DNA of 45,672 nt from Alphaproteobacteria bacterium (GTDB taxonomy: Bacteria > Pseudomonadota > Alphaproteobacteria > SHVP01): NCBI GenBank assembly GCA_029936875.1, contig JAPYRS010000004.1:1-45672 (forward strand). The letters run 5' to 3'. A program made the translations under genes and the position numbers. The notes beneath the pieces were generated by a model that was given only the letters and a program-made list of their open reading frames with translations, searched no databases and was not told the DNA's origin. How positions within the stretch are numbered: the first letter of the stretch is position 1; the number at the start of each line of letters is the position of its first letter. Positions 18,084-26,011 of the stretch are shown in pieces.

Positions 18084-18800
18084 GTGGGCGCCTACGCCCT
18101 CAGCTTTGTTGCCGGCAGCCTGACGACACTTAATCCGTGCGTCCTGCCATTGCTGCCGATTGTCCTTGCCAGTGCGGCGCAGGAAAACCGCTGGGCGCCG
18201 GCCGTGTTGATCGCGGGCCTGCTCGTCTCGTTCGTTACCTTCGGCATACTGATCGCCGCCGTTGGATTTGGTCTCGGATTTGATCCGTTGTGGATCCGGT
18301 ATGTTGCGGGCGCGCTGCTAATTGCCGTCGGCGCGGTTCTGATCAGCCGTAAATTGAGTGCAAGGTTTGCAGATGTGGCCACGCCCCTGACCGGCGGCGC
18401 CAGTGCGGTGCTCACGCGGTACACACCGTCCGGCGTGCAAGGTCAGTTTGTTGTTGGGATTATTCTTGGCGCGGTCTGGACGCCTTGTGTCGGGCCGACA
18501 TTGGGCGCGGCGGTTGGTTTGGCGGCGACGCGCGATACCTTCCCGGAAGCGCTCGCCCTGATGATTGCCTTTGGCATTGGCCTAGGGTTGGTGATGGCGC
18601 TGCTCGCCTACGGATCGCGAAAAGCGATCCTGGCCCGGAAATCAGGATTAAGAAACCTTTCCCGCTGGGGCCGGCCGATAATGGGCGGGGCCGTACTTTT
18701 CGTTGGCGTCGCGGTGGTTTCAGGCTTTGACATGGTGCTGGAAGGCGCATTGGTCACCGTCATGCCGGACTGGCTCGCGACGTTTACGACTTCGATCTGA
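18084..18800 (+). CDS. ccdA: Cytochrome c biogenesis CcdA/DsbD-type thiol-disulfide transporter
   Basis: 238-aa, six-TM protein with the two conserved Cys motifs LNPCVLP and WTPCVGP. GTG start 3 nt after the thioredoxin stop. Confidence 0.85.
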   Translation: MGAYALSFVAGSLTTLNPCVLPLLPIVLASAAQENRWAPAVLIAGLLVSFVTFGILIAAVGFGLGFDPLWIRYVAGALLIAVGAVLISRKLSARFADVATPLTGGASAVLTRYTPSGVQGQFVVGIILGAVWTPCVGPTLGAAVGLAATRDTFPEALALMIAFGIGLGLVMALLAYGSRKAILARKSGLRNLSRWGRPIMGGAVLFVGVAVVSGFDMVLEGALVTVMPDWLATFTTSI

Positions 18801-18842
18801 GCGGCGGCAATTTAGACGCGATGGAGTTCGAGCGAGCGGCGT

Positions 18843-19151
18843 CTATCCGGTTTCGCGGTAAAGGCCGACCTGTTTTGCGTCAATCGTATCGCCGGCAAAA
18901 CCTTGCACCGCTTTTGAAAATTCCTTGAAGTAATCGCGGGACTGCAAGGTCTTTAGCGTCTCCTCTGAATCCCAGCGGCCATTATGGGCGCGCATGACGC
19001 CGTCGCCGGCGATATTAACGGCGTAGGTGAACTTGCCAGCGAATTCTGCATCGCCGTTTACCGCCTCGATGAAGGTATCGACCGCCGCCTGCCACGCGGC
19101 CTCGTCGCCGTCTTATGAATACCGAATGGAAACACCGTCTATGGCCATCAT
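18843..19151 (-). pseudogene. Small conserved-looking protein (103 codons, possibly ABM/Dabb-like) with an in-frame TAA; absent from the ORF track
   Basis: My own reverse-strand translation gives MMAIDGVSIRYS*DGDEAAWQAAVDTFIEAVNGDAEFAGKFTYAVNIAGDGVMRAHNGRWDSEETLKTLQSRDYFKEFSKAVQGFAGDTIDAKQVGLYRETG*. It is a single frame with a TAA at 19113-19115, lying 45 nt downstream of the TetR gene on the same strand. The family assignment is a guess. Confidence 0.5.
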
Positions 19152-19196
19152 TCCGTCCCGTCAGTGTGAGTAAATTCCAATCTAACGTGCACCAGT

Positions 19197-19763
19197 TTAG
19201 CCACCGAGTGCCGCCTCGACCAGAACGGCTGCGGCATTGCGCGCCTGTCCGGCGCTTTCGGGCGAGCGGTCGATTTGCGCCGATACGATGGCCCCGTTGA
19301 GCAAAAGGCCAAGTTCTACGGCAAGTGCGTCCGGGTCGTTTGCACCCGCCTCAGCAGCCAATTCAGAAATGTATGCGCGGATAAGGCGTTTGTTCTCGGC
19401 CGCCATCGCCTGGATCGGTTCAGAGAGGTTGGCGAATTCAGCGACGGCGTTGATGAACATACAGCCGCGAAAATTTTCTTTATCAAACCAATCGGCGTGG
19501 GCGTCGAAGAGGGCGAGCAATCGGCCTCGAGGCGTGTCGGCCATGCTTTCGACCGCACGGGAAAGCCGCAGCCGGAATTCTTCATCGCGGCGCCGGAGTG
19601 CCGCCAAAATCAAATCGTCTTTCGACTTGAAATGTTTGTAGAGCGTCATCTTCGCGGTGCCCGCTTCCGCCAGGATGCGATCGATCCCGGTCGCGTTATA
19701 CCCGTACCCGTTAAATAGGGTCAGGGCGGCATCGATAAGATGTTCGCGTTTGCTTTGCGGCAT
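19197..19763 (-). CDS. TetR/AcrR family transcriptional regulator
   Basis: The N-terminal HTH ...LFNGYGYNATGIDRILAEAGTAKMTLYKHFKSKDDL is a canonical TetR_N domain. Confidence 0.9.
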   Translation of the reverse strand: MPQSKREHLIDAALTLFNGYGYNATGIDRILAEAGTAKMTLYKHFKSKDDLILAALRRRDEEFRLRLSRAVESMADTPRGRLLALFDAHADWFDKENFRGCMFINAVAEFANLSEPIQAMAAENKRLIRAYISELAAEAGANDPDALAVELGLLLNGAIVSAQIDRSPESAGQARNAAAVLVEAALGG

Positions 19764-19802
19764 TTGCTGGCTCCTCAGGTGTACTTCTCCTCAATAATAT
19801 AT

Positions 19803-19815
19803 AGAACGATCTGTC
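19803..19815. promoter_or_regulatory. Candidate TetR operator copy 1 (AGAACGATCTGTC)
   Basis: An identical 13-mer recurs at 19938-19950. It contains the half-sites (A/C)AGA-ACGA-TCTGT and lies in the 235-nt AT-rich divergent region. Confidence 0.4.
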
Positions 19816-19937
19816 CATATCAATAGATGATTCAGGACCCGTGGGCTGCAATCGCAGAATAATTTGTTAATAAATTGCATAAATAACAATATGTTATGAG
19901 ATAAACTCGAAAAAATTCGGGTTGGACCTTGATTAAC

Positions 19938-19950
19938 AGAACGATCTGTC
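19938..19950. promoter_or_regulatory. Candidate TetR operator copy 2 (ACAGA-ACGA-TCTGT core)
   Basis: Exact repeat of the 13-mer at 19803-19815. In this copy the 5-bp arms ACAGA/TCTGT are perfect. Confidence 0.4.
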
Positions 19951-19998
19951 TATTTACGTTAGTATGAAACGTAAACAGGCAAAGGGGAGGGTTTCGGG

Positions 19999-20655
19999 AT
20001 GGACGCTTTGACGGAGACAGACATGAGCGAGACGGCAAGACCAGTCAGCGACATTGCTGTACCAGTCGGTGACGTCGCATTTTCCCCCGCCGTGAAGGCA
20101 ATGCAGGAGGCGCGGGGATCGCGCAGCGGCTACGCGCAGATGGAACAAAAACGCGGCTGGGCCGACACCATTTCGGATGAGCTTGCCGGTTTTATTGCCG
20201 AGCGGGATTCGTTTTATCTCGGCACCGCGAGCGCCGATGCCCAGCCCTACATTCAGCATCGCGGTGGCCAGCCGGGGTTCCTCAAAGTGCTTGATAATCG
20301 AACATTGGCCTTCGCCGATTTTTCGGGTAATCGCCAATACATCAGCGCCGGAAATCTGTCGGAAAATTCGGCGGCGTATATATTCTTGATGGATTATACC
20401 AACAGGCGCCGGATCAAAATCTGGGGCAAAGCGAAAGTGGTGCGGGACGATCCGGATTTGTTGGCGAGCCTCACCGATGAAAATTACAAAGCCAAAGTCG
20501 ATCAGGCGATCGTCTTCACTGTTGACGCCTGGGACGTCAATTGCCCGCAGCATATCCCGCGCAAATTTTCAGAAAACGAAATGGCAGCCGAGGTCGAGCC
20601 CCTGAAAGCACGGATTGCCGAGCTGGAAGCAGAGGTGGCAGTATTGCGTGCCTAG
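19999..20655 (+). CDS. Pyridoxamine 5'-phosphate oxidase family (FMN-binding split-barrel) protein
   Basis: ...FIAERDSFYLGTASADAQPYIQHRGGQPGFLKVLDNRTLAFADFSGNRQYIS.GNL... is typical of this PNPOx-like subfamily. Confidence 0.85.
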   Translation: MDALTETDMSETARPVSDIAVPVGDVAFSPAVKAMQEARGSRSGYAQMEQKRGWADTISDELAGFIAERDSFYLGTASADAQPYIQHRGGQPGFLKVLDNRTLAFADFSGNRQYISAGNLSENSAAYIFLMDYTNRRRIKIWGKAKVVRDDPDLLASLTDENYKAKVDQAIVFTVDAWDVNCPQHIPRKFSENEMAAEVEPLKARIAELEAEVAVLRA

Positions 20656-20770
20656 GCCGCCGCGCCCTCGTGGAATCGCCCCCTTGATTATCTTGCTGGG
20701 GTTTCGGAACATGCGCTGTGGAGAAACCACCGAACGCCAAAAGGCAAAATCAAAACAGGAGGAAATCCCA

Positions 20771-21130
20771 ATGAGCGAAGCCGTAAGCTGGTTATTCACC
20801 GTCAACATCAAGGACGGCCAACTCGACGCCTTCAAGGCGCTGGTCGACGAAATGTCCGCCACCGTCCAAGCCAACGAACCCGACACTCACATTTACGAAA
20901 TGTTTTTGAGCGAAGATGGCAAAACCTGCCAAGTTTATGAGCGTTATGCGAATTCCGCAGCGACGCTCGCTCACCTCGGAAATTTTGGTGAAAAATTCGG
21001 CGAAAAATTTATGGCGACGGTCGATCCTGCGGGTGTTCTTGTATTCGGAGATTCTTCGAAAGATGTCCGCGAAGCCTTGGTCCCATTCGGTGCGGTTCAT
21101 TACGCGCTGATCGGTGGATTTGCCCGCTAA
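20771..21130 (+). CDS. Antibiotic-biosynthesis-monooxygenase (ABM) / putative quinol monooxygenase domain protein
   Basis: AGGAGG RBS then ATG at 20771. A 119-aa ferredoxin-like protein (LFTVNIKDGQLDAFKALVDEM...YERYANSAATLAH). Confidence 0.75.
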   Translation: MSEAVSWLFTVNIKDGQLDAFKALVDEMSATVQANEPDTHIYEMFLSEDGKTCQVYERYANSAATLAHLGNFGEKFGEKFMATVDPAGVLVFGDSSKDVREALVPFGAVHYALIGGFAR

Positions 21131-21167
21131 CAAAATAGGATCCCGCCTCTGAGGCGCTACTGAATAT

Positions 21168-21219
21168 TGCCCGCAGGATTAAGCCAGCATCAGCGAATCC
21201 CTTGCGGGCAGACTTTTTT
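21168..21219 (+). terminator. Possible intrinsic terminator between convergent genes
   Basis: Stem TGCCCGCAGG (21168-21177) pairs with CCTTGCGGGCA (21200-21210) with one bulge, followed by TTTTTT at 21214-21219. The 22-nt loop is large for a classical terminator. Confidence 0.4.
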
Positions 21220-21226
21220 GCCCGAA

Positions 21227-21556
21227 CTATTTCTCCGGCAGCGAGCGCGCGTGTTTGACGCCGCGGTCAATCCAATCCTTCAGGCTTTTGTCGGACTTCC
21301 AACCCTTCTCGCCGACAAAGACCATGCTTTTCATCGGCCGGCCGGTAAAATCCATCGGCCGAGCGTTGGCAATTTTTAGCGCCGCCGCATGGGCGTCGGG
21401 CCCGACCCGAGCCATCAAATCATCGTTTGTCACACCAACGCACATGTTGCCGCCGACCATGAAGGTGAGGCCGCCAAACATTTTCTTTTCGGTCACGTTC
21501 TTCCGCCGCGAAAGTGCTTTCCGAATCCGTTCGGCGAGGTTTTGATCGTAGGCCAT
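21227..21556 (-). CDS. TfoX/Sxy N-terminal domain protein
   Basis: MAYDQNLAERIRKAL....VTEKKMFGGLTFMVGGNMCVGV matches the TfoX_N pattern. Confidence 0.85.
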   Translation of the reverse strand: MAYDQNLAERIRKALSRRKNVTEKKMFGGLTFMVGGNMCVGVTNDDLMARVGPDAHAAALKIANARPMDFTGRPMKSMVFVGEKGWKSDKSLKDWIDRGVKHARSLPEK

Positions 21557-21701
21557 GTTTCTCTCCCGGCGTTAGTCGCGCCAATTGTACAGAGTGTTAC
21601 GGCCTGTTTTCAGCCAAATTCGGGCATGTATTCCCTAATTGTTGGGAATCGCGGCACCTTCGGGCATCATGGCACCCGGATTACACGAACCAAGATTGAA
21701 T

Positions 21702-23174
21702 ATGGATAGCGGACCAATATCAGGACTTCGCGAAGCCGAGTCCTTTACCAATGCGGAAGCGGCGGTCCAGCGCCTTGTCGATATCTATGCGTCCGGCCGT
21801 AAATTGCTGCAGAACAAATTTGAACATTTTGCCGCTGGCGAACGGGGCCGCAGCAAGGTCGACGCGTGTTATCCCTATCTCAGTATCGATGTCCCCAAAG
21901 TGGCGAGGGGGTCGCGTGGGCCGCTTTCTTACGGCGCCGTTGCGGAAGCCGGAATATATGGGACGACACTGACCGACCCGAACCTGTTCGGCAGTTATTA
22001 TCTCGAACAAATTCAGTTGTTGATCGAAAACCACAAGGTGCCCGTGACCGTCGGCATTTCCGATCGGCAAATCCCGCTCACGTTTGCGCTCGAATCAATG
22101 ACAGCCGATCTCGATAGCGATGCCATCGGCGATTTGCAGGACGCCTTTCACTTGCCGGATCTAAGCCAGATCGACGACCGTATCGCCAATGGCTCATATC
22201 GCGCGAAACCCGGCGTGCCGCGACCGCTGTCATTGTTTACCGCCGAGCGAGTGGATCTCTCGCTTTCGCGGCTACGCCATTACACCGGCACCAAGCCGGA
22301 GCATTTCCAAAAGTTTGTTCTGTTCACCAATTACCAGCGCTACGTCGACGAATTTATTGAACTTGGCAAAACCGAGGTGGCAAACGGCGACAAGTACCGG
22401 GCCTTTGTTGAACCGGGAAATGCCGTCACGCCAAACCCGCGCCTCACCGACCAGCCGGCGTCTGGCGAACCGGCAACAAAATTGCCGCAGATGCCGGCCT
22501 ATCATTTGGTGCGGGACCGCCACATGGGCATAACCCTGATCAACATCGGTGTCGGTCCGGCGAATGCAAAAACGATCACCGATCATGTTGCGGTGCTGCG
22601 CCCGCACTGCTGGCTAATGGTCGGCCATTGCGGCGGGCTTCGTTCGTCGCAGCAACTCGGTGATTATGTTCTCGCGCACGCCTACGCGCGGCTTGATCAT
22701 GTGCTTGACAATGATCTGCCGGGCGAAGTGCCGGTCCCGGCGATTGCCGAAGTGCAGGTGTCGCTGGCCGATGCAGTCGCCGCCGTGACAGGCCTTGAGG
22801 GGCAGGAAATGAAGCAGCATTTCCGCACTGGGACGGTTGTCACCACGGACGACCGCGATTGGGAACTTCGCTACGACGAACTCGCGACATTTTTCAATCA
22901 ATCCAGAGCGATTGCCGTCGATATGGAATCGGCGACCATCGCCGCCAACGGCTTTCGCTTGCGTGTCCCCTACGGCACGCTGCTTTGTGTGTCGGACAAG
23001 CCGCTGCACGGTGAAATCAAAATGCCGGGAATGGCCAACGCGTTCTATCAGGCTCGCGTGAGCCAGCATCTCAAGATCGGCATTCATGCCCTAAACGGCA
23101 TGCGCGACGAGGTCGTGCGGAAAGCGCTGCACTCCCGCAAACTTCGCAGCTTCGACGAACCGGCGTTTCGGTAG
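21702..23174 (+). CDS. amn: AMP nucleosidase
   Basis: About 490 aa. The C-terminal PNP_UDP_1 core is ...GHCGGLR...VDMESATIAANGFRLRVPYGTLLCVSDKPLHGE. Start chosen at ATG 21702. Confidence 0.9.
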   Translation: MDSGPISGLREAESFTNAEAAVQRLVDIYASGRKLLQNKFEHFAAGERGRSKVDACYPYLSIDVPKVARGSRGPLSYGAVAEAGIYGTTLTDPNLFGSYYLEQIQLLIENHKVPVTVGISDRQIPLTFALESMTADLDSDAIGDLQDAFHLPDLSQIDDRIANGSYRAKPGVPRPLSLFTAERVDLSLSRLRHYTGTKPEHFQKFVLFTNYQRYVDEFIELGKTEVANGDKYRAFVEPGNAVTPNPRLTDQPASGEPATKLPQMPAYHLVRDRHMGITLINIGVGPANAKTITDHVAVLRPHCWLMVGHCGGLRSSQQLGDYVLAHAYARLDHVLDNDLPGEVPVPAIAEVQVSLADAVAAVTGLEGQEMKQHFRTGTVVTTDDRDWELRYDELATFFNQSRAIAVDMESATIAANGFRLRVPYGTLLCVSDKPLHGEIKMPGMANAFYQARVSQHLKIGIHALNGMRDEVVRKALHSRKLRSFDEPAFR

Positions 23175-23179
23175 GCGCC

Positions 23180-23533
23180 CTAATCACCACCGCGGGCGCA
23201 TGTGATGCAGGTGGCCACAGTGGGGTCGTTATTGAGGCGGGCGGGCGCAATATCTTCGCCGCAGTTCATACATTCACCGAATTCTTCTGACTCGATTCGT
23301 TCGAGCGCGGACTTAATGCGCGCGATCCGAACCTGACGCCGGGCTTCGCCGGCCTTGTCCATTTCCTGAACTTGCATCGCGTCCATGCGCGACAGTCGCC
23401 CTACCGACTGTTGATCGAGCTCCACCGGTTCGCGCGCGGCCGCCGTCGCTTCGGTGGCGGCGATCAATGCCTCTTTTTCCTCCAGGAGCTTCGCCTTTAG
23501 CGCTTCGATATCAATGTCGGTGTCTGACGTCAT
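23180..23533 (-). CDS. DksA/TraR family C4-type zinc-finger protein
   Basis: A coiled-coil N-terminus, then CMNCGEDIAPARLNNDPTVATCITC (CxxC-N17-CxxC). Start chosen at MTSDT (23533). Confidence 0.85.
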   Translation of the reverse strand: MTSDTDIDIEALKAKLLEEKEALIAATEATAAAREPVELDQQSVGRLSRMDAMQVQEMDKAGEARRQVRIARIKSALERIESEEFGECMNCGEDIAPARLNNDPTVATCITCARGGD

Positions 23534-23700
23534 GATCGGATGGATTCTGCGATGGGGCGGTGGCGCGGAAGGCGTCGCGGACCCGTAAGGGCCCCCAGTA
23601 TAGCGGCCCACATGCAATTTTTCGCGTGCAGCCGTTGAATGCGGTGTGTTCGAATGCCCGCCAATTTCAATTGCGGGGCGGGCCGTGTTAAATTTCGGTT

Positions 23701-24765
23701 ATGGCAACCAGCCCAGAAAATGAGGCACTGCAACTGCTTCGATCGTTTCTCGATGCGCTACCTGACCCGGCCCTTGTGGTTGACCGGTCGCGGCATCTGA
23801 CCGCGCTTAACCGGGCCGCGGAGGAGATCTTATCGGGGCCGGCGGCGCTCAATCGCGATCTTGCGCTATCCATCCGCCATCCGGAGGTGCTGGGGGCGGT
23901 CAGCAGTGTTCTGGCGGGTGGCCCGCCACAGGCTCTGACCGCATCATTTCCCTTGCCGGTGCAGCGCGAATTTGAGGTTCATGCCGCGTCGTTGCCAGGT
24001 GGGGAAATAACCGCGCTTTTAACATTGCACGATATTTCGGCAGCGCGGGCGACCGACCGTATGCGTACAGATTTTGTCGCCAACGTCAGCCACGAATTGC
24101 GTTCGCCGCTTTCGGCCCTGCTCGGATTTATCGAAACCCTGCAAGGGGCCGCCGCCGACGATGTGGAAGCGCGGAAAAAATTTCTGCTGACGATGGAAGG
24201 TGAGGCGAAACGGATGGCCCGCCTGATCGACGATTTGCTGTCTTTGTCGAAGGTCGAGGCCGAAGAACACGTGCGACCGGGCGGCGAGCTCGAACTCGAC
24301 AAACTGTTGGAAAGCGTCGTCTCGACCTTGCGCCCGCGCGGCGACGAAGCAGGCCTCCGCATCGAACTCAAGGTCGGCGACGGAAACTTCACGGTGAAAG
24401 GCGACCGCGACGAGCTCGAAGAAGTTTTTCACAACCTTGTCGATAACGGCATCAAATACGGCCGAGGCGGTGAGGCGGTGATCGTCGATCTCAGCCATGT
24501 CGACCGCATTCCCGATGTCGGTACGCCGGGCATTCGTGCATCGGTCCGCGACCACGGCGAAGGCATCGGCAGCGACCACCTGCCACGCCTGACCGAACGG
24601 TTCTACCGGATCGACAAGGGACGCTCGCGCGATCTCGGCGGCACCGGCCTTGGCCTCGCCATCGTCAAACACATCGTCAATCGCCACCGCGGTCGCCTGG
24701 TCATTGAAAGCCGGGCCGGCGAGGGCAGCACTTTTCACGTCTATCTGCCGCAAATCCCCGACTGA
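23701..24765 (+). CDS. phoR: Phosphate regulon sensor histidine kinase PhoR (PAS-HisKA-HATPase, no TM segment)
   Basis: Has the H-box SHELRSPLSAL, N-box NLVDNGIKY and G-boxes DHGEGI and GGTGLGLAIVKH. It sits immediately upstream of pstSCAB-phoU-phoB. Confidence 0.85.
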   Translation: MATSPENEALQLLRSFLDALPDPALVVDRSRHLTALNRAAEEILSGPAALNRDLALSIRHPEVLGAVSSVLAGGPPQALTASFPLPVQREFEVHAASLPGGEITALLTLHDISAARATDRMRTDFVANVSHELRSPLSALLGFIETLQGAAADDVEARKKFLLTMEGEAKRMARLIDDLLSLSKVEAEEHVRPGGELELDKLLESVVSTLRPRGDEAGLRIELKVGDGNFTVKGDRDELEEVFHNLVDNGIKYGRGGEAVIVDLSHVDRIPDVGTPGIRASVRDHGEGIGSDHLPRLTERFYRIDKGRSRDLGGTGLGLAIVKHIVNRHRGRLVIESRAGEGSTFHVYLPQIPD

Positions 24766-24825
24766 AGCCCAATAGTACGAACCGCAGACGAAGCGCGGAC
24801 GTATCGGCGTTCCGACCCGCCTCGA

Positions 24826-24865
24826 CTGTCATAAAACTGTAACGTCGCTGTCACATTATTGACCT
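24826..24865 (+). promoter_or_regulatory. Pho box (PhoB binding site) upstream of pstS
   Basis: CTGTCAT-AAAA-CTGTAAC-GTCG-CTGTCAC-ATTA-TTGACCT. These are 7-nt direct repeats with 4-nt spacers (11-nt phasing), matching the classical CTGTCAT-N4-CTGTCAT Pho box. It lies about 70 nt upstream of the pstS start. Confidence 0.75.
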
Positions 24866-24931
24866 GCGCCGCGCCTAATTTTTTCCGGTGAATAGAGCCG
24901 TAAAAATATAACGCGCCTCGCGGGAGTGTTG

Positions 24932-26005
24932 ATGGTGACGTTCCGACATTTGTTTCTCGGCGCCGTATTGATCGCCCTGCCCCTTGCGGTCGAAATGCCG
25001 GGCTCAAACACAGCTGAGGCGCGCGAACAGATTCGCATCGTCGGTTCTTCAACGGTATTTCCATTTTCGGCTTCGGTCGCCGAACAGTTTGGCCGCGCGA
25101 CGGACTTCAAAACGCCAGTTGTTGAACGGACCGGTTCCGGCGGCGGGTTAAAACTTTTCTGTTCGGGTGTCGGTGATCGTTACCCCGACATCACGAATGC
25201 GTCCCGCCGTATCAAACAGAGCGAAGTCCGTTTCTGCGCGTCGAACGGTGTAACCGACATTGTCGAAGTCAAAATCGGCTTTGACGGCATTGTGCTTGCG
25301 AATTCAATTGAATCAGAACCCTTAAGAATTACGCTCAGGCAGCTTTGGTTGGCACTTGCGAAAGATGTGCCCACCACTAAGGGAAATGGCGGCAGCGAAG
25401 GCGAGACCGAGCCGAACCCCCATCAAAAGTGGAGCGATATTGATTCGAGCTTGCCCCACTCAAATATTGAAGTGTTCGGGCCACCGCCGACGTCCGGTAC
25501 GCGGGACGCCTTTGTTGAACTGGCGATGGAAGGCGGCTGCAAGACGTTCCCCTGGATTGTCGATCTCAAGAAATCGAACAACGCTGTGTTCAAGTCTCTC
25601 TGCCACACTATCCGCGAAGACGGCGCGTTTATCGATGCCGGGGAAAACGACAATCTGATTGTGCAGAAACTCGGCGCCAATCCAAACACGTTCGGAATTT
25701 TCGGATTTAGCTTCCTTGACCAGAATTACGACCGCGTGCAGGGCAGTTTCATTGATGGTGTGGAGCCGCAATTCGAAATAATCGCGACCGGGAATTATCC
25801 GATCTCGCGTTCGCTCTATTTTTATGTGAAAGCGCTGCACGTGGATCTGGTGCCGGGGATCGCTGCGTTCCTCGCCGTCTTTACCGATGACGACACCTGG
25901 GGCCCCGACGGATATCTCGGCGACAAGGGCTTGATCCCGATGCCGGACGAGGAGCGCCGAGTTTGGGCGAAGCGCGCAGGTGCCCTCGAACTTTTGCAGA
26001 TGTGA
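24932..26005 (+). CDS. pstS: Phosphate ABC transporter substrate-binding protein PstS
   Basis: A signal peptide then ..IRIVGSSTVFPF..., a PBP-like 2 fold, at the operon position. ATG 24932 has GGGAG 5 nt upstream; the ORF maximum starts at GTG 24926. Confidence 0.9.
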   Translation: MVTFRHLFLGAVLIALPLAVEMPGSNTAEAREQIRIVGSSTVFPFSASVAEQFGRATDFKTPVVERTGSGGGLKLFCSGVGDRYPDITNASRRIKQSEVRFCASNGVTDIVEVKIGFDGIVLANSIESEPLRITLRQLWLALAKDVPTTKGNGGSEGETEPNPHQKWSDIDSSLPHSNIEVFGPPPTSGTRDAFVELAMEGGCKTFPWIVDLKKSNNAVFKSLCHTIREDGAFIDAGENDNLIVQKLGANPNTFGIFGFSFLDQNYDRVQGSFIDGVEPQFEIIATGNYPISRSLYFYVKALHVDLVPGIAAFLAVFTDDDTWGPDGYLGDKGLIPMPDEERRVWAKRAGALELLQM

Positions 26006-26011
26006 CCGGCG

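Noticed and set aside
21131-21226. Short CGCCT-CTG-AGGCG hairpin at about 21143-21155 as a second terminator.
   Set aside because: It has a 5-bp stem with a 3-nt loop and no U-tract, which is too weak to call. Only the larger stem plus T6 at 21168-21219 was kept, at low confidence.
24019-24753. Long antisense ORFs opposite well-supported genes: 244 aa opposite phoR here, and also 12275-12976, 15377-16033, 35352-36011, 36188-37138, 40041-40631 and 44153-44656.
   Set aside because: They lie entirely within and antisense to genes with clear family motifs. They have Arg/Ala/Gly-rich low-complexity translations and no recognisable domains or RBS. These are typical shadow ORFs of GC-rich DNA.
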